A stretch of DNA of 64,000 bases from Dehalococcoidia bacterium (lineage in GTDB: Bacteria > Chloroflexota > Dehalococcoidia > Lucifugimonadales > UBA3495). Position 1 is the first letter of the stretch. Each line of letters opens with the position of its first letter. Where the stretch lies: NCBI GenBank assembly GCA_965216065.1, contig CBDCFB010000001.1, positions 77,802 to 141,801 of the forward strand. Reading direction: 5' to 3'. Of this stretch, positions 25,515 to 33,500 are shown piece by piece. Below the pieces are notes generated by a model that saw only the letters and a list, made by a program, of their open reading frames with translations, did not search any database and had not been told where the DNA came from. A program made the translations under genes and the position numbers.

Positions 25515-26668
25515 CTAAACCAAAGCCAAGGTGGGATGTGCATTCGCCTGAGGTGAGGAATCGTGTTGGGAATTCGGCAGGAGTGCTTCGGCCCTTGACT
25601 GCAGTACCGTTCGGCAGCGGCACCTCACCTCGTCTCTCCGGCTGGTCAGTCCAGCCAGGAAGTTGCCGACCCTTTCCTGCACCGCCGCCCTGCTGCCCAG
25701 GCAGAGATTGCCCGTCGCCTCCTCTCTCGCCCAGCCCCAGACCGCCTCATCGGCGTTGAAGTCCGGGCTGTACCCCAGCAGGTTCACCAACCGCAGGTCA
25801 AGTCCGGGCGTCCGCAGATATTCCCGCACCGCCTCTCCACGGTGGGCCGGCGCGTTGTCCCAGATGACTTGCAGCGGCCCTGAATGTTTTCCCCTCAGTT
25901 GTTCCAGGAAGGCAACCGAGGTCCCGGAGTTGCTGTTGCCCTCCAGTTCCATCCATTCCACCTCGCCCGTCTCCAGGCACACCGCCGAATAGTAGCTGGC
26001 CTTCTCCCCATACCGCGGGCTGGTCGAATCCACCAACGCAGGTTTGCCTTTAAGCACCCACTTGCCCCGCAATTCCGCATCGGCCCGGAAGTGGGCCTCA
26101 TCCGCGAAAAATATTCTGGCTCCGGTCCGCTGGGCCACCTCTGTCAGGATGGCGTACTCCGCCACAAAGGCCTCCCGCTTGGCATCATCAGCCTTGAGCA
26201 GACGCTTCTTGGGCCGCTTGAAGGCAAATCCCAAACGGTGCAGCCAGTTCAGGCAGCTGCTGCGGCTCAACTCAATGCCGAAGCGCTCTAGGACAAACCG
26301 CCCCACCACCTTCCAATACCAGTTGGCCATTACGATGCCCGACGAAACGGGAGGCTGTTGCACCGCCTCTTTCAATTCCTCCTGCTGCGCCTCGTCAAGG
26401 GCGGGGGGGAACCACCGGTCTGCTCGAATATCAGGGCCGCAGGTCCTCCCTCGCCGAAGGCCGACGCCCAACGGCCAATAGTGTGGGGATCCCTTTCCAG
26501 CCCCTCTGCCGTGGCCGCCGCCGTCAAGCCCTGGGCCAGCAGCAGCATGGCGTACCACCTCTCCCGCTCCCTGGGCGTCGGCGCCAGAATCATCCGCCGA
26601 CGCAAGGCCTTAGCATCCATCTGCCACTGTTCGAGAAACCGGTCTATCTCCCTCACACCCATCACCAA
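25515..26668 (-). CDS. IS630-family DDE transposase (orfA 26372-26668 and orfB 25515-~26410 joined by a -1 shift on a C7 run)
   Basis: orfA has the HTH part ('...AEGLERDPHTIGRWASAFGEGGPAALIFEQTGGSPP'). The orfB frame continues 'ALDEAQQEELKEAV...' and carries 'IFFADEAHF...VIWDNAPAHRG...LLGYSPDFNADE'. A G7/C7 run lies at 26403-26409. Confidence 0.8.
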
Positions 26669-26754
26669 CCCCTCCCAACTCCCGACACCAGCTAACCAGG
26701 TTCCTTCACAAATTTACCCCATCCCGCTGCGCATTTCACCTTGGCTTTGGTTTA
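25516..26754 (-). mobile_element. IS630-family insertion sequence with TA target duplication
   Basis: Terminal inverted repeats are AACCAAAGCCAAGGTG(GG/AA)ATG(T/C)GCA, with the first 16 bp perfect, starting at 25518 and ending at 26752. Each is flanked by TA (25516-17 and 26753-54). Confidence 0.85.
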
Positions 26755-27237
26755 GTACTGTTTCCAGATAGTTTTGTTGATGTTGGAAAGCTGCCTCTAA
26801 CTCTGGATTCCTGATTGCGCGGGAATTACTACAGGTGAAGCGGATATCCGGTATAAGGCATATTCAAATGGAAACGGTACTAGTGATAGCTGGCGTGGGG
26901 CGCTCGGGGTTTCCCGGTGATTCCCTTCCATGTTTCCAGCAGCAATTTCATTGTATCAGTCCAGATCTCTCCGGGCGAAGAACCATGGGTGTGGTCAGCC
27001 CTCCGCAGGCCTTGGCACAGTGGGCCACGGATTGCCGTTGAGAATTCTGTCATGCCGGAGTCTCTCCACGGCACCTTGTTCGCCGTCCTTCAACGTTGTC
27101 TCGACCGCGAAGATGGTCTTGTCCTTGCCGTTGCCATAGGCTTTGGCACAGGCTCCATTATCGGCGTTGCCGAGACCGGTCCCGGGGGGATGACATGCAG
27201 TCGGCGGGCGATAGCGTCTTCGGCAACTGTCGCTTGT

Positions 27238-27543
27238 TCATAGCAGGCCTGACTCCCGCTCGCGGACCAATTCTGAGGCCTTTTTCTTGATATAGCTTGG
27301 CACAAGTGGACTCGTCGAGCAGCTAACCATGGCCAAGGCATCCGTCGCTCGCCCTGCCTCGATGATGCTGCGGGCATGACTGGTGCGGGACCGGCAGGAC
27401 TTGTCTGTGTAACCCCTTTCTTCCTCAATCTGTGTGGCGACGTCCTCGTTGGATCTCGAGCGGTCGCAAAACTCTGTAAAGTACGCGACGAAAACTTCTC
27501 TTCCTACTGATCGGAGATTTCTATCCAGTTGCTGGTCGTTCAT
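27238..27543 (-). CDS. Hypothetical 101-aa protein
   Basis: The internal ATG of track ORF 27238..27768 gives MNDQQLDRNLRSVGREVFVAYFTEFCDR... with normal composition. The upstream part of that ORF is Arg/Gly-rich and unlikely to be coding. Confidence 0.4.
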   Translation of the reverse strand: MNDQQLDRNLRSVGREVFVAYFTEFCDRSRSNEDVATQIEEERGYTDKSCRSRTSHARSIIEAGRATDALAMVSCSTSPLVPSYIKKKASELVRERESGLL

Positions 27544-28503
27544 ACTTTCCCACGCTGGCGACACCATCGCCGTTTCATTTTTCCAGGGACGAATAGGCAT
27601 GTGGCGGGGGAGGTCCGGTCTTTTCTCGGCGCCTGGCCAGGTGACTGTCCTACCCCCGGCTGGGAGGTTGCGGCCAGCGCCTTCCGCACCGTTCCCAGTG
27701 AGCAGTACATGAACCGGGGCCATGTGGCGCATCCCGCGCCCTCTCGGCCGTCCTCTGGCAATGCTCAACCTGCTCCGGGGCCAAAGCTGGTGGTCGTCCG
27801 ATCCGTTTCCCGCCGGCCTTGGACCGGTCCTAGAAGTCTGGCCGGAAAGCCATCGGCCGGGTTTTGCGCTACGCCAAGCAGACGTATTCCAGTCTTATAT
27901 GGCCCAGTAGTGTATGTAAGACGTTGCAATACCCACCGTTTCATCGATAATCGACGTTAAAAAAACGACTGCTTGGGGAGAATCAGGGTTTCCGGTCAGA
28001 TTTCTAGCTTTATGCGTTCGCTGCCCGAATCCACCTGATAAACCTTTTGAGCTGGTATGAACCACCTGAAGAACTTTGCCGCGGGGCTGCCCTCGCTGGT
28101 GGTACTGGGGCAGGCTGCCAACCGTCTATACTCCGTGCAGAAGCTGCAATTTCCATCCAACCCCTACCTGTCCGCCTGTTGGATGGTCCAACGACTGACT
28201 TCCAGTCGCTTGGCCAGATCCCGCTGGCTCACTCCCTTCGACCGCTCTGCCCGAATGTACTCCCGTTGCTGCTCGGTCAGGCTGGGCCGCCGCCCAGGGA
28301 AGCGCCCCTCGGCCCGCGCCTTCGCCTGGCCGGCGACCGAGCGCTCCCTGATCGAGTTCCGCCACCACTCGCTGAAGGCGAGCACCATCGAGAGCTGGAG
28401 CTTGCCGGTGGGCGTCGAGGTGTCGAAGTCTTCCGCCAGTGACCGGAACTCCACTCCCGCATGGTGCAGGCCCTCGATCACCTGCAGCCCGTAGGTCAGC
28501 CCC

Positions 28504-29963
28504 CTAGTACTACAACGACGGGTTGTTTGGTAGGATAGTTGTCAAGATGATAGTGGGTGGTTTGGGTGATGGATGGGGCGAGTTTCGAGCGGGTTTACGA
28601 CAACTTTCAGGACTTTCACGCCTTCTTCGCGGCCTCCTTCGGCCGCAAGCAGTGGCGGGAGCACAGCCGGAACTATCTTCAGGGGCTGCTGGTGCAGGCT
28701 GGGGAGCGGCGCAACGCCGAGAACCTGTCGGAATCGGTGGGCATCTCGGCCCGGGCGATGCAGCGTTTTCTGACCGAGGCCCGGTGGGACGATGCCGCGG
28801 TCATCGGTCGGCTGCAGGAATACCTGGCCCCCAGGCTGGCTCACCCCGAGGCGGTGTGGGTGTTGGACGGCAGCGACTTTCCCAAGCAGGGACGGAAGTC
28901 GGTGGGGGTAGCCCGGCAGTACTGCGGCAGGCTGGGGAAGGTGGCCAACTGCCAGGCGGGGATGTTCCTGGCCTACGTCAGCCCGCTGGGACAGGCATTG
29001 GTGGACAAGGGGCTGTATCTGCCCGAGAGTTGGATCTCCGACCAGGACCGGTGTGCGGCGGCGGGTGTGCCCGAGGAGCGGCTGAGCTACCGGTCGAAGA
29101 CGGAGTTGGCCTTGGAGCTGCTGGAGCGGGCCCTGGGGTTGGGCCACCTCAAGGCCGGATGGGTTGCCGGGGACGACGCCTTCGGGATGTCGCCGTCCTT
29201 TCGGGAGTCCCTGGCGGGCCTGGGGATGCGCTACGTGCTGGACGTTCCGGGCAGCACTCCGGTCTGGCCCCTGGAGTTGGCTTGGACCAGTCCGGGGTCT
29301 CAGGGGTCCGGGCGCCCCCGCAAGCCCAGGCTCAGGGACGGGCAGCGTCGTACCATGGAGCAGCGCAGTGGCGAGTTGCCGGATAAGGCTTGGCGGGAGA
29401 TAACGGTGGCCCAGGGAAGCCAGGGACCGCGGAGCTATATGTTCAGCGCCCAGCGGGTGCGGGTAACCCGGAAGGGCAAGCCGGGCCAGGAGGCATGGGC
29501 CGTCTACCGCCGAAACCTGGACGGCAGCGAGCCTCGCTACTACCTGTCCAACGCTGCCGAGGATACTCCCCTGGAGACCTTGGCCTATGTGGGCGGTTCC
29601 AGGTGGCCCATTGAAACGGAGTTCGAGACGGAAAAGGGCGACGTGGGCCTGGACGAATACGAGACCCGTAGCTGGTCCGGCTGGCATCACCACATAGCCA
29701 TGTGCCTGCTGGGTGGAGCGTTCCTGCTGGGCCTGCAGCAGGACTGGGGGGAAAAAGATGCCCCGGATCACCCGTCCCCAGGTGTACCGGGTGGTGCGGG
29801 AAATGCTGCCCCGGGAACGGTTCGGACCGGAGGAGTTGCTGCTGTGGCTGGAGGATACGCAGCTACGCAACGAGCGGGCGCGCCGCTCCCACCAGAGACG
29901 CCGCTCCGCCCACCGTGAAGGCAGGATGGAGCCACCACCTTAAACGCGTCGTTGTAGTACTAG
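28504..29963 (+). mobile_element. IS701-family insertion sequence (coordinates include both CTAG copies)
   Basis: Perfect 17-bp termini CTAGTACTACAACGACG at 28504-28520 and inverted at 29947-29963. Removing the element plus one CTAG restores the resolvase frame. Confidence 0.85.
28557..29918 (+). CDS. IS701-family DDE transposase
   Basis: 'WVLDGSDFPKQGRKSVGVARQYCGRLGKVANCQAGMFLAYVS', '...GWVAGDDAFG...' and '...RWPIETEFETEKGDVGLDEYETRSWSGWHHHIAM' are IS701/IS4-like DDE signatures. Confidence 0.85.
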   Translation: MVWVMDGASFERVYDNFQDFHAFFAASFGRKQWREHSRNYLQGLLVQAGERRNAENLSESVGISARAMQRFLTEARWDDAAVIGRLQEYLAPRLAHPEAVWVLDGSDFPKQGRKSVGVARQYCGRLGKVANCQAGMFLAYVSPLGQALVDKGLYLPESWISDQDRCAAAGVPEERLSYRSKTELALELLERALGLGHLKAGWVAGDDAFGMSPSFRESLAGLGMRYVLDVPGSTPVWPLELAWTSPGSQGSGRPRKPRLRDGQRRTMEQRSGELPDKAWREITVAQGSQGPRSYMFSAQRVRVTRKGKPGQEAWAVYRRNLDGSEPRYYLSNAAEDTPLETLAYVGGSRWPIETEFETEKGDVGLDEYETRSWSGWHHHIAMCLLGGAFLLGLQQDWGEKDAPDHPSPGVPGGAGNAAPGTVRTGGVAAVAGGYAATQRAGAPLPPETPLRPP

Positions 29964-30245
29964 AGAGCCGGTCGATATGGGTGACCACCAGGGTGTCTCC
30001 CTCGACCACCAGGTCCAGAAGTTCCAGGAGGCCGGCCCGGTCGTTCTTGGCCCCGCTGAACATCCTCGGCTCGAATATTGCCCATGGCGCAGCCGGCGCG
30101 GACCAGACGCTCCACCTGCAGGTCCAGATTCTTGTCCTCTGGCTCTCTGACCGAGACCCTGGCATAGCCGTACAGCGTCATCTCCCGACATCCCTGGCTG
30201 GAATACCTGAAGTATGGGTTTCTGCCAGGGGTTGTGTAACCGGGT

Positions 30246-30320
30246 TTTCCAGCCACCCCTTCAGCTACGGGGAGTGGGGATTTACAGCCATGGCTGTAAA
30301 CAGGGCTGTTTCCAGCCACC
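30246..30320. promoter_or_regulatory. Possible res/operator site: 20-bp perfect palindrome flanked by 12-bp direct repeats
   Basis: TTTACAGCCATGGCTGTAAA at 30281-30300. TTTCCAGCCACC at 30246-30257 and 30309-30320. The site lies 65-140 bp upstream of the resolvase start. Confidence 0.35.
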
Positions 30321-30514
30321 TCGTGACCAAGGAGCGGGCATTTCGGAACGAATGGCCTTGTCGGTTTCGTTTGCTTTTAGGGTTTGAGGACGCGAGCGGA
30401 ATTAGAGGAAAGGGCTGTAGTCCCTACAAGCAAACGAAACCCCTGGGGAGATTCGGGTCCCGGTAGGAGTGCTTGCCCCGCCCTCCATGCCTGCCTGCTT
30501 CTACCTGTTGCCCC

Positions 30515-33500
30515 CTACTGACCCGGCCCGCTGACGGTGCGCTCCAGGCGGTTGGACAGCTTCTTGTCACCGTCGGCGCAGATGGCCCCCTGCGCGTTGC
30601 AGTCCGTGGTGGCGGGCAGCACGATGGTGACGTCCCCGTTGGAGTCCGGGTTGAAGCTGATCTCCCAGCGGATGTTGCTGCCGCTGACCAGCCGCCGGGC
30701 CCCGTCCATCGTGCCTCCCTCCACCGTGAACGCATGGTCCCGCAGCGTCTTGTAGCTGAAGTTTGTCTCGAGCTCCTCGCTGAAGGAGATCCTGAATTTG
30801 AAGTTGTCGCTGCCGTTGTGGGACGTCGGGACGCTCTCGAAACTTGCCGTCAGCGGAGGCCCCTTGACGGTGAATTTCAGCGGGATGGACAGCATCGTCC
30901 CGTCAGCAGTGCAGATGGCCCCCTGCGCGTCGCAGTCCTCGGTGGCGGGCAGCTCGACGGTAACGTCCGCGTTGGAGTCCGGGCTGACGCTGATCTCCCA
31001 CCGGATGTTGGGGGTGTCACTGTCCCCGTCCAGCCGCCGGGCCCCGACCACAGTGCCGCCCGTCACCGTGAACGCATGGTCCCGCAGCGTCTTGTAGCTG
31101 AAGTCTTCCTTGGGGTCCTCGCTGAACCGCAGTTCGAATTTGAATGCGTCCTGCCCGTTGTGCGACTCCGGCTTGTCGTGGATGGCGGCCGTCAGAGGAG
31201 AGGGCGAGGGCGCGGCAGCCACTGCTACGGTAACGTCGCTCGTACGGGTCTCCTGGTTCCCCCAGTCGTCGGTGAAGCTCACCCGCACCTTGATGGTCTT
31301 GTCTTCGTCATCGGCGCCAACAGTGTAGGTAGAACCGGTCGCGTCCTGGATATCCGTGTCTTCGGTCCCATCGTTTGCTATCCACTGGTAGGTGAAGGTC
31401 GCGTTGGTCAGCCCGTCGCTGTCTGATATGTTCGATGTTGATGCGGTCAGCGTCTGTCCAACCTGCACCGTACCGCTGATCGCGGGCGCTCCGGTCGCGA
31501 CGCTGTTGGGTATGGCAGCCACTGCTGCAGTCGCCTCGCTGGTCAGCGACTCGTCGTTGCCCGCGTCGTCAGTGAAGGTGATCCGCACCTTGATGGCCTT
31601 GCCTTCGTCTGCGGCCGCCAGGGTGTAGGTCGAGCCGGTCGCGTCAGTGATATCCGTGTCGTCGGCCAGCCACCGGTATGTGAAGGAGGCGTTGATCAGG
31701 CCGTCGGAGTCGGATATGTCCGTGGTATCCGCCGTGAGCTCCTCACCCACCTGCGCCGTGCCTGTGATGGTGGGCTCGCCGGTGGCGAGGGTGTTGGAGG
31801 CCGTCACTGCTGCAGTCGCCTCGCTGGTCAGCGACTCGTCGTTGCCCGCGTCGTCAGTGAAGATGATCCGCACCTTGATGGCCTTGCCCACGTCGGCGGA
31901 AACCAGGGTATAGGTAGAGGCCGTCTCCCCGGATATGTCGGTGTCGGTGTTCCCATCGCCGCGAATCCACTGGTAGCTGTAGGAGACACTGGTCAGCCCG
32001 TCCTCATCGGCAATGCCCGAGATGTCGGCCGTCAGCGTCTCCTGCACCTGGGCCGTCCCGCCGATGGTGGGCAGGCCCGTGGCCGGACGGTTGACCGCCG
32101 CAGCCACCGCTCCGGTCGCCTCGCTGGTCAGCGTCTCGGCATTGTTCCTGTCGTCGGTGAAGGACACCCGCACCTGGATGGTCTGCCCCTGCTGGCTGGT
32201 GGTGAGGGTGTGACTGGAGTCGGTGGCCCCGTCGATGTCCGACCCTCCGGCTATCCACTGGTAGCTGTAGGGAACGTTGGTCAGCCCGTCCTCGTCGGCG
32301 ATGCCCGACGTGTCCGCCGTCAGCGTCTGGTCCACCTGTACCGTCCCGCTGATGGTGGGCAAGCCCGTGGGAGCACGGTTGTCCGCCGCAGCCACCGCCG
32401 CGGTCGCCGCGCTGGTCAGCGTCTCGACGTTGTTGGCGTCGTCGGTGAAGGACACCTTGACCTTGATGGTCTTGCCCTGGTCGGCAGGCACAAGGGCGTA
32501 GGTGGAGCTTTTCTCCCCCTCTATGTCGGTGTCGTTGCTCCCGTCGCTGCGAATCCACTGATAGCTGTACGACACGTTGTCCAGCCCATCCCCGTCGGCG
32601 ATGCCGCTCGTATCCGCCGTCAGTGTCTCCCCCACCTGGGCCGTTCCGCTGATGGTGGGCGCGCCGGTGGCCAGACTGTTGGGACGGGCTGCCACCGCAG
32701 CCGTCGCCGCGCTGGTCAGAGTTTCCTCGTTATCTGCATTGTCGGTGAAGCTCACTCGCACCTTGATGGTCTTGCCCTGGTCGGCAGCAACGAGGGTGTA
32801 GGTCGAACCTGTTGCGTCGGTAATGGCCGAGTCGTCCGCCAGCCACTGATAACTGAAGGTGGCATTGTCCAACCCATCCTGGTCCGCGATGCCCGAGGTG
32901 GAAGCCATCAGCGTCTCGCCCACCTGGACCCTCCCGCTGATGATGGGCAGGCCCGTGGGCGCAGTGTTGGGCTTGGCAGCCACCGTTGCCGTCGCCGCGC
33001 TGGTCAGAGTCTCCTCGTTATCTGCATTGTCGGTGAAGCTCATCCGCACCTTGATGGTCTTCCCAACGTCGTCGGCATCCAGGGTGTAGGTCGAAGAGGT
33101 GGCGTCCTGGATGTCCGTCCCACCGGCAATCCACTGGTAGCTGAACACGGCGTCGTCCAGCCCGTCGGCGTCGGCAATGCCAGACGTGTCCGCCGTCAGG
33201 GTCTCGCCCACCTGCACCGTACCGTTGATGGTCGGCTGGCCTGTTGCCGGAGTCCCCATCACGGTCAGGCTGAGTTCCACCTCGTCCCCGACCGACCAAT
33301 CGACCGTCCCCTTATCCCACTGGTAGGTGTGCACGAACCCGGTCTTCGTGGTTGAGGCGTCCTCGGAGGAGAATGGGACTCCACCCACGTTCAGGGTGAA
33401 GTTGGTGCGAAGCCTCCGGTCCAGTCCGAAGGACAGCAGCCCGTCGTCGCCCTCGACAACCATCTTGACGGTGTAGTCATCGCCGCCCAGCGTGAATTCG

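Larger units (their letters stand above)
28164..30181 (-). pseudogene. Serine recombinase/resolvase, split by an IS insertion and carrying a frameshift
   Basis: The N-terminal part 'MTLYGYARVSVREPEDKNLDLQVERLVRAGC' shifts frame to 'IFEPRMFSGAKNDRAGLLELLDLVVEGDTLVVTHIDRLS' (29964-30181). The C-terminal part 'GLTYGLQVIEGLHHAGVEFRSLAEDFDTSTPTGKL...SIRERSVAGQAKARAEGR...VSQRDLAKRLEVSRWTI' lies at 28164-28503. Confidence 0.8.

Noticed and set aside
26760-27240. Short ORFs on both strands between the IS630 element and the 101-aa gene (for example 26880-27074 minus and 26917-27243 plus)
   Set aside because: The translations change frame repeatedly and match nothing I recognise. They are probably degraded sequence.
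28542-29870. 442-aa minus-strand ORF inside the IS701-family element
   Set aside because: It is antisense to a transposase with clear DDE-family motifs, and its composition is typical of shadow ORFs.
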